A stretch of 62,291 bases of DNA, counting the filler, from Nemertoderma westbladi (Eukaryota; Animalia; Xenacoelomorpha): the NCBI GenBank assembly GCA_032718475.1. It is 4 parts of 4 records of this genome, joined end to end, with 100 filler letters (N's around TTAATTAATTAA, not from the genome) between each part and the next. Parts side by side here need not be neighbours in the genome. Positions count along the whole stretch, not along the records: positions 46,325 to 57,248 come from JAUCBJ010006821.1; positions 57,349 to 62,291 come from JAUCBJ010000163.1; 2 more parts are not named here. The stretch is one strand, 5' to 3'. How positions within the stretch are numbered: the stretch's first letter is position 1; every line of letters begins with the position of its first letter. Made by a program: the position numbers and the translations under genes. Below are positions 47,844-60,449 of this stretch, one piece after another. Below the pieces are notes generated by a model, which was given only the letters and a program-made list of their open reading frames with translations, had not been told where the DNA came from and made no database searches.

Positions 47844-49110
47844 GGGGGGGGGGGGGGGGGGTGGTGGGGGCTGCCCCACTAGCACTGCACTGGTGACGTA
47901 CCTACAGTATCTGTTGTAGATGAATTCTACAGTAATCTTCTAAGGGCGTCTGATAAGGTATAACACGATGTTTGAACTCATCGTCGATGTTAGCATGGAT
48001 TCAGAATATCTATTGTACATTGGATATTGGGGATAAAAGCAATACTGAAGGATGAGATCCTATATAGTATGAAATGAGTACATGTGGTTCGGGTAAGTGG
48101 GATGTACAGTAGGACTTTGTGAGAATGGATTTTGAGGTGTGAATGTGAACGCAAGTCACTATACGAAAACATGGAGTGAGTAGGACTCTAAATTAATATT
48201 TAAGATACGATAGCTTTAAATAGGTACGACGGCCAAAGAGGAATGCATTTTGTAGTAAGGTTTTGATATTGATATGATATTGGTGCTCATGCTCAATATA
48301 TGCCAATGTTTGGTTGATACATGAAGTTTAGGAAAGTTGTTTTCGTACATTGATTGTCTCTTCACCTTATGTGACTCATGTTAGACCTACAGTAAGTGCA
48401 CACAAACATTACGACTTCACAGATGCTTAACTGCAATTTCGATTATTGTATATAATTTTTATGAGGATTTAAAAAAACGTATCTCTAGCGAATTCGCACC
48501 CCTCGTATTGTAACCATTATTCATATTAGTCGTGATTTTTCATATCATTAGAAAACTTGCGTTCAAATGATTCCAAATATGTTAAAAAATGTCTGGATGA
48601 CGTTGAGAAACAGCTGAGATAAAAGCGTACAAACATTTCAAGAATTTTAGTTCGCTGGAGTTCATTTATTCTACTGTATACACAACCGGAACGTTCTAGA
48701 AATATTAGAAATCAAAAACTAGAATTACATAAATTTTTGTTCTAGAACACTTTGTCCATTCATTGTTGGCCTTCGGTGAATAGCAGTGTGCTAAGATTAA
48801 TATATCGAACAATAATGTTGTAGTAACTCATGACCAACTATATATTTAGTAATTACTATAATATATACTATAGGCCTATACCAACTTTATACTAACTGTA
48901 TATAGTTGGTTATGAGTAATCGAAATTAATTTGATAAATTTACATTAATTCCATTATTATTCAAGCATTAAAATAACAAAAGATCTAATAACGAAAGCTG
49001 AAAGTTGTGATACTGTAAAAAAACTACATCAATAAAAAAAGATAGGCAAATAACTATGTACTGTACATGAATCACAATGATGTGATTATTGGTCATTCTG
49101 ATGAGGTAAT

Positions 49111-50076
49111 CTATCGTCTCACTCCAACAGTTTTACTGCGTGATTGGGAGGTTCCCCCACGTGATTGGTAGATCCTATCACGTGAGTGGTTGCTACCACC
49201 ATGTGATTGGTAGGTCAAACCACGCGATTGGTAGCTCCTATCACGTGAATGGTTGGTACTACATTGTGATTGGTCGGTACCACCACGTGATTGGTTGGTT
49301 CCACTATGCGATTGGTTGGTTCCACCGTGTGATTGGTTGGTTCCACCGTGTGATTGGGAGGTGTTCCTCAAATATGTTCCCGATCTGGTGCGACCGCGCT
49401 CTTCTACATATACTTTGTACATCCTTCCCCCCTCCACTCTGACCATCCCCCGCCTGTTCCTACTCCCTTCTTCGCTTCGCCGCCGGGTACTCCTTTTTCT
49501 TCGCATTAAAACTGTTCTCGGCAATCTCGTCGCAACATATTTTTGCTCGTCTTCAGTTTCTTCTTTGACCCTGTATATCATTTCCTTCTGCATTCTCGCA
49601 CTCTTTACTTTCCAAGGTAATGTACTAACAGACACCAACATTGTGAGTTCAACTACCAACAGCACCCAATGCGTGACCCACAGAATAACATTGACGCTGC
49701 GGGTTACCTGGCAACCGTACGAATTTTTAAATTTAAAGGCGAGAAAAAATGAAAATATTCCGAGTCCTGATGCAACCAGTATGCTAACGAGACATCCACG
49801 AATAGCGAACATCTTAGTGTGGGAAATATTTGCAATGTGTCGAGAAAATATCGCGATGATAATGTAGATGATGCTGATTATAAGTGCGTAATACTCCAGC
49901 TGTACGCAGTTACAGTTGATCATCAGCTGTATACTTTGATCGATAGTGGCCACAATACCGGTAACGGTTTCGCCTAGCCAGAGGGTCACGTACAGACTCC
50001 AACAATTTCTTTCGATTTCTCTTGTTTTAAATTCGGGCTCAAACTGAACGATTCCCGGGGGTTGAGCTTGAGACAT
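49111..50076 (-). CDS. Uncharacterised four-transmembrane protein with basic and 7-aa-repeat C-terminal tail, single exon
   Basis: 321-aa ORF with a good start context (GCCATG on the minus strand), four hydrophobic segments in aa 26-155, an Arg-rich linker and about 9 SxGGTxQ-type repeats. Confidence 0.65.
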   Translation of the reverse strand: MSQAQPPGIVQFEPEFKTREIERNCWSLYVTLWLGETVTGIVATIDQSIQLMINCNCVQLEYYALIISIIYIIIAIFSRHIANISHTKMFAIRGCLVSILVASGLGIFSFFLAFKFKNSYGCQVTRSVNVILWVTHWVLLVVELTMLVSVSTLPWKVKSARMQKEMIYRVKEETEDEQKYVATRLPRTVLMRRKRSTRRRSEEGSRNRRGMVRVEGGRMYKVYVEERGRTRSGTYLRNTSQSHGGTNQSHGGTNQSHSGTNQSRGGTDQSQCSTNHSRDRSYQSRGLTYQSHGGSNHSRDRIYQSRGGTSQSRSKTVGVRR

Positions 50077-51207
50077 GGCCTATATTCGATGGTAAAGTTT
50101 AGAAATAATAATAAGATAATTAATCACATTAGGTCCTCAGTAAAGTGTATTATTTCTTGATTTTTGTAATCATATATATTCGCGCCGTAATTTTGAAACG
50201 ATATAATATAAATATATAGAATAAATCGATTCAGGATAGTTTGGTATCACGGAAAAATTCGAAATAAATATTAGTTGACCCGATCGCTTATTTGAATACT
50301 TTATTGGGTTACCGCCGTACTTTTATGAGCCAAAAATACGTGATACCGGTAGCTAAACGTAAGATATAAAACATTTCCAGAAAACTAATTACATCCCTAA
50401 TAAAACTGTAAGGGCTGTTGTAACTATAGCTACTATAATAATAAGAACAATTATGATAGTGTTTGTTTCCCAGTAGGGACTTGGTAAAAAGTCAGTGGTC
50501 GCCGACCAAATGGGTACGTGGCATCTGGTTGGGGAGTAAAGATAATGGTTGGCTGTTTAACGTTCTTAATCGTTGTTTTTAAGACTGGTGTGAGTTTTTA
50601 CCAGTAATTTCCAAGAGAGTTTTGTTCTTTATGTTAACCTGCCAATTTTATTTACTTTTTATAATTTAAATCAATATGCCCCTAATTTCAACCATATGCA
50701 CGCACATCTTTACCCGTTTATTTATGCTGCGCATTTAATTATACGACAACACAAAACTGAACTGAACAAGACTTAAGAACTAAGATATAGACTCTGTATT
50801 CAATCCTTTGTTTTTGTCCACTTGATACATTTAGTACAACACACACTGAAGATATACAAACATAGCCTACTGTATACTTTAAACATGAAAATACTGATAA
50901 GCCATTAAAGTATATTACCCTTTGGTCATACAGTACAATACGATAAACTTCCCATATCTCTAATCTGAACAAATTCCATGCACATTGATCAAAAGATCAC
51001 CTTGAAATAACATATAATAGCGGTACTGGAATTGCCGTACGTGAACATAAAATATAATTTTTAATTGAAACAAAATAATCAATATATATAATTATATTAA
51101 TCAATTTCTACAGATAATATTTTTATAATTTGCAGCGATTGTATTTAATAAATCGATAACTTTTGTAGAATATATGTTCTACGGGAATATTTAGTAATTA
51201 TATATCA

Positions 51208-52662
51208 ATGGGTGCAAATAATGGTGAAGCGACAACGACTAAAGCAGAATATAACAATGAAAAGATAAAGTTATTGCAGGGTGATTATTTCACAGTCGAA
51301 CAAGCGGTTGAACAAATCGGATTCGGTCAATTCCAAGTAAAGCTATCCCTCATTGCAGGTTTAGCTTGGATTGCGGACGCGATGGAAATGATGATTCTGA
51401 GTATTTTGGCCCCGGAGTTGCTTTGTAGATGGCAGCTGACACCGTGGAAGGAAGCTTGGATCACTACTGTTGTGTTCATTGGGATGATGTCATCTTCATC
51501 ATTATGGGGATATGTTTGTGACAGAAGTGGTCGTCGTGTTGGACTTTTACTAAGTTCTTTAGTTACTTTCTACTTTGGATTTTTAAGTTCTTTTTCGCCA
51601 AGTTTCTCTTGGGTATTGCTGTTACGTAGTCTTGTAGGGTTCGGAATAGGTGGGGCCCCTCAAGCCGTAACACTTTACGCTGAATTTCTTTCTAAAAAAT
51701 CTCGCGCGCGCGGCGTTGTTCTATTGGGAGTGGCGTGGGCGGTGGGCGGGTGGCTAGCTTCATTAATTGCTCTTTTAGTAATGCCAACCCTCGGTTGGAG
51801 GTATTTGCTTGCAATATGTTCACTACCGACCGCTTTATTTTGTTCCTTTGTTTTGTGGCTTCCTGAAAGCCCAAGGTTTGATATCCTATCCGGAAGAAGG
51901 GGACGAGCAATAGCTACACTCGAACGCATAGCTAATGATAACAGAAAGCCGATGCCACTCGGTACATTAGTGTACATACCTGAGACAAAGCGAGGAAGAA
52001 TATCAGATTTGTTTTCGAGTGACTATCTCTCATCTTCCGTCATCCTTTTTTTCATTTGGATAGCAACGACATTTTGCTATTATGGGATTGTTCTTTTAAC
52101 ATCGGAACTCTTTCAGTTAGAACCAGATAAATGCTTAACCGAAAGTAGTTTAGGAGAACATGAGGCGTTGTCATGTTATGCTGATTGCCACATACTAGAT
52201 AGTAGCGATTATGTTGACATATTGTTGACAAGTTTGGCTGAATTTCCAGGTTTACTATTAACAATGGTGATTATTGAATATATAGGAAGAAAGGTTACTA
52301 TAGTTACAGAGTTTACTCTCTTTGGTGTGTTTGTATTGTTGATACTCATTTGCTCTAGTAGAACTATTTCAGTGGTGTTGCTTTTTTGCGCCCGTGCCGT
52401 AATTACTGGCTCTTTCACGGCAGTAGTTCTATACACGCCCGAGGTCTACCCTACAAGCGTGCGCGCTCTATCGCTCGGAATATGTTCCGCTGCCGGCCGT
52501 TTGGGGGCGATCATCACTCCTTTTGTCGCCCAAGTTGCTTTGCAAAAGAGTATCTATTTAACCGCCGGAATATATGCTGGAGTGGCGTTCACGGCTGCTA
52601 TAGCTGCTTGTTTTCTTCCGTTTGAAACAAAGGGAAGAGATTTGGTTGATGTCCGAGTATGA
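51208..52662 (+). CDS. SVOP: Synaptic vesicle 2-related protein (MFS transporter), single exon
   Basis: 484 aa: FTVEQAVEQIGFGQFQVKLS..GLAWIADAMEMMILSILAP, DRSGRR, WLPESPRF, N.KPMPLG.L, YTPEVYPT.VRA and LPFETKGR. Confidence 0.93.
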   Translation: MGANNGEATTTKAEYNNEKIKLLQGDYFTVEQAVEQIGFGQFQVKLSLIAGLAWIADAMEMMILSILAPELLCRWQLTPWKEAWITTVVFIGMMSSSSLWGYVCDRSGRRVGLLLSSLVTFYFGFLSSFSPSFSWVLLLRSLVGFGIGGAPQAVTLYAEFLSKKSRARGVVLLGVAWAVGGWLASLIALLVMPTLGWRYLLAICSLPTALFCSFVLWLPESPRFDILSGRRGRAIATLERIANDNRKPMPLGTLVYIPETKRGRISDLFSSDYLSSSVILFFIWIATTFCYYGIVLLTSELFQLEPDKCLTESSLGEHEALSCYADCHILDSSDYVDILLTSLAEFPGLLLTMVIIEYIGRKVTIVTEFTLFGVFVLLILICSSRTISVVLLFCARAVITGSFTAVVLYTPEVYPTSVRALSLGICSAAGRLGAIITPFVAQVALQKSIYLTAGIYAGVAFTAAIAACFLPFETKGRDLVDVRV

Positions 52663-53396
52663 TGCTACTGTATTAAATATAGTAAAAATGTTTCTTCTGG
52701 AACAGACACATGCTACAATGATTTACCTGTCATCCGATCATACCATATATAGCTGAATCAGTGATTGTGTGCCATTGAGCTGTAACAGTTTACAGTAGGC
52801 CTAGTGGTTGCTGAAACTCTCCCGGCGTGAACACAGAAAAACAATAACCATTATACACCCTTCAAACATCTACAATACTGTATGGTACAGAGTTCCATCT
52901 GTTTCAGTTATTGGTATGTACTGTATATGACACGTAAATCACGCAATCGGAATTATCTGGTAGTGCAATTGAATATTCAATTGATATTAGTAGAGGGAAG
53001 ACAATTAATTATATCTTATCATTATAGAAAGGTAATTTATAGCTCTGTCATTCCATCATACTGGTTGGTCACTGTATATCTAAAATGGAGATTCATAATT
53101 CTTCCTAGGTAGTATGTAAGTATACTTGTCCGTCATTTAATAAACACGCAACATATGTATGGTGAGAAATAAAGTGGCACTGCGATATAAAGTTGGAAAA
53201 TATGTTGCCCTGGCGATTTGGTATTGCGAAATTAATTCCATACAAATAAATAAAACTACATTTTTAATCTTGTTGAAATTAATCTAAATAGTTTGAGAAA
53301 CATTAATTTTGTTTGTATTTGTATTGTAGTTTGTGTTTCCAACATTTAGATAGCTACATGGCAATTATGAAAGCTCGACAACCGCCTATTATTTAA

Positions 53397-53795
53397 GGGG
53401 GGGGGGGGGGGGGGGGGTAGCGCTGCTACCCCCCCCCCTCTAGATTTCATCTAGATCAGATTTTTATCAAGATTCCAAAATTTGAAAACCGTTTCGAATT
53501 CTGAAATGAAATTAGCAACCAGAAAAACCCCCATAGCAAAAATCTTAGCATGGTTTTATGCTTTCTTGTTTATAGATATATATTGACAGACATTCTCACA
53601 TATTAACAGACTATTTTAGCGTGGGAAGGTTCAAATTTTAAAGGCAATTATCTCGGAATGTTATTTTTTCATTTCAACGAAATTTAAAATGCTACTCATT
53701 TGCCAATTTTTAATATTATTCATGAAATTTGGACAGAGTAACCACATGCCTGGTATCTTCAAATGAAGTGGTCAGAATTTAAAAATTTTGATCCT
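53397..53795 (+). mobile_element. Internally deleted Kolobok-like element, same family as 10957-12113
   Basis: TTAA-poly(G)-TAGCGCT left end; 53500-53795 closely matches 11410-11706. Confidence 0.7.
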
Positions 53796-54435
53796 TGATT
53801 AAAATATACACCATCTCCCTTAAGAAAACAACCATTTTTAGCAAGTCGGAGCCCCCCCCCCCCCCATATTTTTTTCAAATTTCAATCATGTGCTACGAAA
53901 TTTCGTACAGTAGTTCTATAGATGATGGCAGAGCCGGATTTTTCAATTTCTAAGCTATTTCGATACAACAAGCCGTTAAAAAACGCCTTTTTGTATTGTA
54001 TTGTATTGTTACTGTATTTAATTGCTCGCGGGCGGTAGCCCATTGTACATACATATTACATTATTAGCACAAATAAAGGTAATTTACATACAAATAATTA
54101 AGTTCGCGTTAGAAAACCGCCCAACACAATATTCCAAAAATAATAATAGAGGTACAGTACTTTTAAATCAAATAACATGCATGTTCAATATAATTAGTTG
54201 AGGTATGAACTCGACAATATAAAGAGAAAATATTTGTTCGTATCACAGCCTTAAAATTATTTTCGCTATGATAAACGAAATAAGGATTTATCACCTCTGT
54301 TCTAGAATATTTAAACTAAAGTCGAATGCATGAAAATACTGTATAATTCATAACGGTCATTCGTACAATACACTAAAATAAACGTCTAGTGAGGGGATTT
54401 AGTTTGGGTACTATAGACAATTATTGGTATACAGA

Positions 54436-54572
54436 CGTTTCGGCCTAGGACGTTTCGGCCCAGGACGTTTCGGCCCGGACGATTCGGCCCGGACGTTTCG
54501 GCCCGGACGTTTCGGCCCGTACGATTCGGCCCGGACGATTCGGCCAGGACGTTTCAGTGTGGAAGTTTCGGC
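54436..54572 (+). repeat. Short tandem GGACG(T/A)TTCGGCCC repeats (14-15 bp), likely subterminal repeats of a DNA transposon
   Basis: About 9 copies are visible; no partner end identified. Confidence 0.7.
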
Positions 54573-55142
54573 TCATGGTTGACAATGAATGAAAAGACCA
54601 GGTACTTTAATCACAATAATTATTCATTAAAATTATAATTATAATTTTCACAATAAGCTACTGTATAACACAATAACATACGTTTATTTCATAATTAATA
54701 GAAATTCAAACACAATCACTATTATTCACAATTATAAAAATAACAGTATACAGTATAACCAATAAGATGTAATTCTTGCACTTTTTATTCAGGAATAACA
54801 TTTTTATCTGCCAGATTAAAGATTTTTGCTATTCATAGTTTCATATCTGTGGAAAATTGTAAAGCAACAACTCAATGAAAGAACGAAGTGGCCCAAAATC
54901 ACCACGGTAATCTACCGCAATTTACCCAACAATACGAAAGAGGCATCTAATAATTCATAATTACCACATTATACTGTAGGCCTACAGTAGTAGTTCATTG
55001 TCAGGCCCTGCAGGATTTCGTTTTATCGTATGTAGGGTAGGTACTGTTGTATGTAGGCCTAATTAATATTGGGCAAAATACTGAAATAGCTCATGATTGA
55101 TGTGTAGGCCTAAGTGTAATTCATTTAAAACTCAATCTGTCA

Positions 55143-56378
55143 ATGTCGTCTTCGACCCGCATCTCTTATTCCAATAGAATGGATGAGTTAAATACGGAAG
55201 GCGACGTAGAAATCCGTTGTGGCGAAGGATCGAGGAGTCGAGACGTAGAGCCGGAAAGGGCGGGAGCTCCGGAAAGCGAGCGAGACGAGGAAGAAGAGGA
55301 AGACGCGATGCCGCTGAAATACGGAGCAGATTCCGTGATAAAACTCTTCGTCCCCGTCACTTTGTGTATGATGGTAGTTGTAGCAACGATTAAATCCGTG
55401 TCATTCTACACGGAGGGCGGCCAGTATTTAATCTACACGCCGTTCCACGAAGAATCCCCCGACGTAGGAACCAAAATTTGGAACGCCGTCGCGAACGCCG
55501 CTATACTAATCGGCGTCATCGTTGTTCTAACCATCTTCCTTGTCGTCCTCTATAAGTACCGCTGCTACCGGTTCATCCAAGGCTGGCTAATCGTCTCCAC
55601 TCTCATCCTCGTCTTCTTCTTCGCGTTTATGTACCTCGGAGAAGTTCTCCGCGCTTATAACATCGCTATGGATTACATCACCCTCGCCGTCGTCATATGG
55701 AACTTCGGCGTTGTCGGTATGGTCTGCATCCACTGGAAGGGGCCGTTGCTTCTCCAACAGGCCTACCTCATCCTGATATCCGCGTTGATGGCTCTCATCT
55801 TCATTAAGTATCTCCCGGACTGGACTACCTGGGTGATCCTCGGCGCGATCTCTATCTACGACCTCGTCGCTGTACTGTGTCCCCGCGGGCCCCTTCGCGT
55901 GCTCGTAGAAACCGCGCAGGAAAGGAACGAATCTATATTTCCCGCGCTTATTTACTCTTCAACCTTTATGGTTCCTACCGTAGCCACTATGGCGGATAGA
56001 GAGGAAGAAGGCGAGGATCACAACTCGAGCAACCCCGAACCCAACGATTCGGGCTCCACTGCTCGCATACAGGAGGAAGAACCCGTAGCTGATCATCCCG
56101 AGGAATCCTCCGGCGTTAAGTTGGGTCTCGGCGACTTTATTTTCTATTCGGTTCTGGTAGGGAAGGCCTCGTCCGTAGCTGATTGGAACACGACACTCGC
56201 GTGTTTCATTTCCATTCTCGTCGGGTTGTGTTTGACTCTCCTTCTGCTAGCTGTTTTCCGTAAAGCCCTCCCAGCCCTTCCCATCTCCATTACATTCGGT
56301 CTCATTTTCTATCTTTCAACCGCTTACGTGATTTCCCCGTTCTCACAAACTCTCGCAGCTAATCAGGTTTATATTTGA
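55143..56378 (+). CDS. PSEN: Presenilin (gamma-secretase catalytic subunit), single exon
   Basis: 411 aa: [17 protein letters not shown], catalytic YDLVAVL and [31 protein letters not shown] and a C-terminal QVYI. Confidence 0.97.
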   Translation: MSSSTRISYSNRMDELNTEGDVEIRCGEGSRSRDVEPERAGAPESERDEEEEEDAMPLKYGADSVIKLFVPVTLCMMVVVATIKSVSFYTEGGQYLIYTPFHEESPDVGTKIWNAVANAAILIGVIVVLTIFLVVLYKYRCYRFIQGWLIVSTLILVFFFAFMYLGEVLRAYNIAMDYITLAVVIWNFGVVGMVCIHWKGPLLLQQAYLILISALMALIFIKYLPDWTTWVILGAISIYDLVAVLCPRGPLRVLVETAQERNESIFPALIYSSTFMVPTVATMADREEEGEDHNSSNPEPNDSGSTARIQEEEPVADHPEESSGVKLGLGDFIFYSVLVGKASSVADWNTTLACFISILVGLCLTLLLLAVFRKALPALPISITFGLIFYLSTAYVISPFSQTLAANQVYI

Positions 56379-57248
56379 GAAACTCAGCCAACATAATAAA
56401 CGATTTAAAGTAACAATTGAAGTAGTGCTGTAGTGGCTTGAGTAAACCAATAATTACGAATTATATTTATTTATTTATCAAGCACGTTAAGTAAAAAACC
56501 TTAACGGTAGGTGTGTTAACTGTTAGTACCAAAGTATGTAATTAAATATGTATGTATTTAAAGTATTTAGTATAAATTATTTATATTTGTATTATATTTA
56601 ATCTGAGTCAACATTTTTACTAAATTATAATTATAATTCAATATACTCTATCAAGATCACGACTACCCTAATATATTTGGATGCAATTGTTTTGCAGTAG
56701 AATACTCTGTTGCATAAAAGATTAACTCTTTGTTTTGTTCATTAAATAAAAACTGGTACCATGATTTATCTTTGAAATATTATATTCGAAAATGTTTATT
56801 ATTATATAACAACGTTGGTAAAAAGTATATAGAAAATGAAGAACTTTATGGAAATTGTCTTTACGACGGGTGGGATTTCAGTAGGACAGAGCATATATGA
56901 GTTAGGTCCGTTACTGGTACACCCGTCCCGAGACAGAACATAACACCACCACTTACTTTCATTTTATAGACTATCGGAGTCATGCATTCGGATAGTTTGT
57001 AGGTCTACCTAACGTGAAGAATTATGTTACTTTTAAAAATTTAATTTCAATGACATACCAAAAAAGCATCGATATCGAACTTAAAATTGGATTAGTTAGT
57101 AATACTATTACTATTTAATAAAGGTTCTATACCTATAATGATAACGGACAATATCTCTACTAAATACCCAACAAAACAATCCATCTAAGCATTTATTCCC
57201 AATTAACAGATTACCATTACATCTCAATATACCACATCAAAAATCACT

Positions 57249-57348
57249 NNNNNNNNNNNNNNNNNNNNNNNNNNNNNNNNNNNNNNNNNNNNTTAATTAA
57301 TTAANNNNNNNNNNNNNNNNNNNNNNNNNNNNNNNNNNNNNNNNNNNN
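57249..57348. other. Scaffold gap with TTAATTAATTAA linker
   Basis: N run with central linker. Confidence 0.95.
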
Positions 57349-57755
57349 GCATTGCTAATGTAATCCATAGTGGGGGTTGGGGGGTGCTTTTTTGCCGAGT
57401 CAGCTCTCGGGGCAAATACCACACCCTGGTTTGCCATTCCACAGGGTGGGTGTCGCAATGGAGTCAGATATGAGGCCCATCACCCATATCTACTCTGGCG
57501 TACATGACCCACCATTGGCTGTTGCAGCTCATCTGCTGGGTCATGCCCTGTACCCTTGCTGCCAGGTGCAGGTCGCAGTGAAGTGCCTTCAGAGTGGACA
57601 TGAGAACACTCTACTCCTAACCAGCCATTGGTAGATCACCATCTGCCTGGTCAGGCCATATACCCCTGCAGCCAAGTATATGGGTCCTTAATCCAGGACC
57701 AAGGGCGTCCTTATCCCAGAACGAAGGGGGTCCTAGTTACAGGGGTTGAGAAAGC

Positions 57756-59532
57756 TAAGGACGATCTTAAATTGGCCTACAACATCAGCCAGTAAAAGTA
57801 CATACAGGATAAAACTGAAGCAATTACAACTGCTCACATACAGCAACAATCAAGGCTTACCTGGCAAACTGTAAATGAGGTATCTGGCCGGAAAAGTTGT
57901 GCAAAGGGGCGCCTCAAAGCCGATAGTCCTGAAGAATGTGTTGGGAAGTGGATAAATCACTTCAGCAACTTGCTTGGGCAGCCACCAAACATCGAGGTCA
58001 GCCCTACAAGGAAAATATATGACAAGACACTACCTATAGAAACAGGGGAATTCACACCTGCTGAACTCCAAAGAAGCATTAAAAGCATGTCCAATAATTA
58101 AGCGAGTGGATTAGATGAAATCCCAGCGGAGGTATGGAAAACTGGAGTGATAAACAGACCATTATTGAATGTTTGCAACCGGATGTTAAAAGGGGAAAAG
58201 CCACCACCAATTTGGACTAAAGGTCAACTAAAGCCTCTCCCCAAGAAAGGAGACCTCGGCATACCAACAAACTATCGTGGAATCTGTCTGCTTGTGGTAG
58301 CTGCCAAAATATACAATAAAATTATTCTATATGGGATTAGGCCTCACATAGAGAAACTACTGCGTAAGAGCCAAAACGGATTTCGACCAAGTAGATCAAC
58401 AATAGCTCAGATACTGCACTACGGAGACTGATTGAAGGAATTAAGTCAAAGAATCTCCCCGCCATCATGACTTTTGTGGACTTTAAGAAGGCATTCACTC
58501 CATCCATAGAGGTAAAATGCTTGAAATCCTAAGAGTTTATGGAATACCAGAAGTAATTATTGCTGGCATTGGATTGTTATATTGTGACACAGAAGCGCAG
58601 GTATTCTCACCAGATGGTGAAACTGAGTTTTTCTCCATCCTGGCTGGCGTACTGGAAGGTGGCACATTAGCACCATTACTATTACTACTACTATGCAATG
58701 AGGACGGCCACAAAGGGTGAAGATCTGGGATTCACACTTCAAGAACGCAGAAGTAGTAGATATCCGGCAACTACAGTCAAAGACACCGACTTTGCGGATG
58801 ACATCACCCTGCTCTCTAATACGCTAGCAGATGCACAGCTTGTACTAAATAAAGTGGAGAGGGCTGCTAAGGAGGATGGATTGCATATAAATGCTACCAA
58901 GACCGAATTCATGACCTTTACTGTTGATGGAAACTTGACAACCATTGATAATAATCAACTAAGGAAGGTCAATGACTTCCAGTACCTTGGATCATGGATA
59001 GAGAGTAGCAGAAAGGACATAGAAGTTAGGAAAGGAAAGGCTTGGGTAGCTCTATCAAAAATGGATACCATCTGGAAATCAGATCTCTCCAGGCACCTGA
59101 AGACTAAGTTCTTTCGAGCCACAGTGGAAACTGTATTTTTATACTTGGGTGAGACCTGGACACTGACTAAATCACTTGAACAACGAATTGATAGTTGCTA
59201 CACAAGACTACTACTACTCAGCTGGAGACAACACATGACAAACGCCGAGCATTATGGTACAATACCACCTGTATTAACCACCCTCCGTGAACGCAGATTA
59301 AGATTCAGTGGGCACTGCTGGCGAAGTAAAGACGAGGTCATACCAGATCTACTTCTCTGGCAACCAACTCATGGAAAGCGTAGATGTGGACAACCGGCCA
59401 TAACATATATAGATCAACTTGAAAGGGATACTGAACTTGGGAGAAACGAAATTGCGACAACTATGGAGAATGGGGAAGCCTGGAAGGATCTCATTTCCAC
59501 TGTCCGAGTTCGCTCGACGTAGTAGTAGTAGT
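57756..59532 (+). pseudogene. Decayed RTE-clade LINE (second family) with (TAG)n tail
   Basis: PLPKKGDLG..NYRGICL, QNGFRPSRST, FVDFKKAF, GVLEGGTLAP, DFADD and RLRFSGHCWR, with frameshifts. Ends CGACG-TAGTAGTAGTAG. Confidence 0.9.
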
Positions 59533-60449
59533 ATTGAGATGCCGAGGAACAGAAAGCAGACAACCGTTACTAAATATGATCCTGAGAAGATTCCACAGTT
59601 GGTCACCCGAGTGCAGAAAAGCGAATCAATATATACATATATATTTGTTATCAGCTGTGCTGCGTCTGTTGTTTGGGTCACAGTCAATTAGCGAATCAAC
59701 GTTCACCCGATGCCTTGGACTGATCTCGAGAATCAAATCATATCCTAAATCACTGGTGCAGTGGGACCTCCACTATCTCCTCGCAACCAACTCATCTGGA
59801 TCCCAGGGTAGAATGTCGATTAGCCTTGGTAGCTCATATGAGAATGCCAGGCAAGTTGCAGCCCTCCCAACGATGTTCAACTTCCTGAATTATCAGTATG
59901 CAAAATATGAGCTTGCATCCCGCATCTCAGTGGACTTATGTTCCATTGATGATTTACTAGACTGTCAATTCATAAGGGATTGTTATGGGATCAATGGCCT
60001 GACTTTCCAGAATAAGCTCGGGCTTGTGCGAAAGAGGTTCAGACACCATTAAGAATGCATGAAAGTTGTCTTTATTATTCTCTATTGAACACTGTCAAAT
60101 CCAAACCCATCACTACTACCGGATATCTTTGTACTAGACTATACATCTGCTTACACAAAGCCGGTTCATCATTGAAAGGATGCAAATGACCTAGCCTTAC
60201 GCAGTTTATTTTACTACTATGTATGATTATTTTATTCGTCAGTATTGTTTATTGTACCACTATATCAATATAATATCGGATGACCTATTTGGTAATTCTT
60301 ATTATCTATATGCAACATTTATCAATCATTGTGCATCGCCATTTAGTTTTACTGTCTAATTATAATTAATTACTCTATTTTACGCTTATATTTGTGCTGG
60401 GCACTTTTTACTTGATCCTAATTATATCAATTTAATTTGAATATCTCAC

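Noticed and set aside
49140-49867. Plus-strand ORFs overlapping the 4-TM gene, and antisense ORFs over RTE, KLHL20, SVOP and PSEN
   Set aside because: Shadow ORFs of real coding sequence or of the 21-bp repeat, with no recognisable domains.
59534-60052. 172-aa ORF after the RTE tail
   Set aside because: No recognisable domain and a non-ATG start; probably a decayed TE fragment that I cannot assign.
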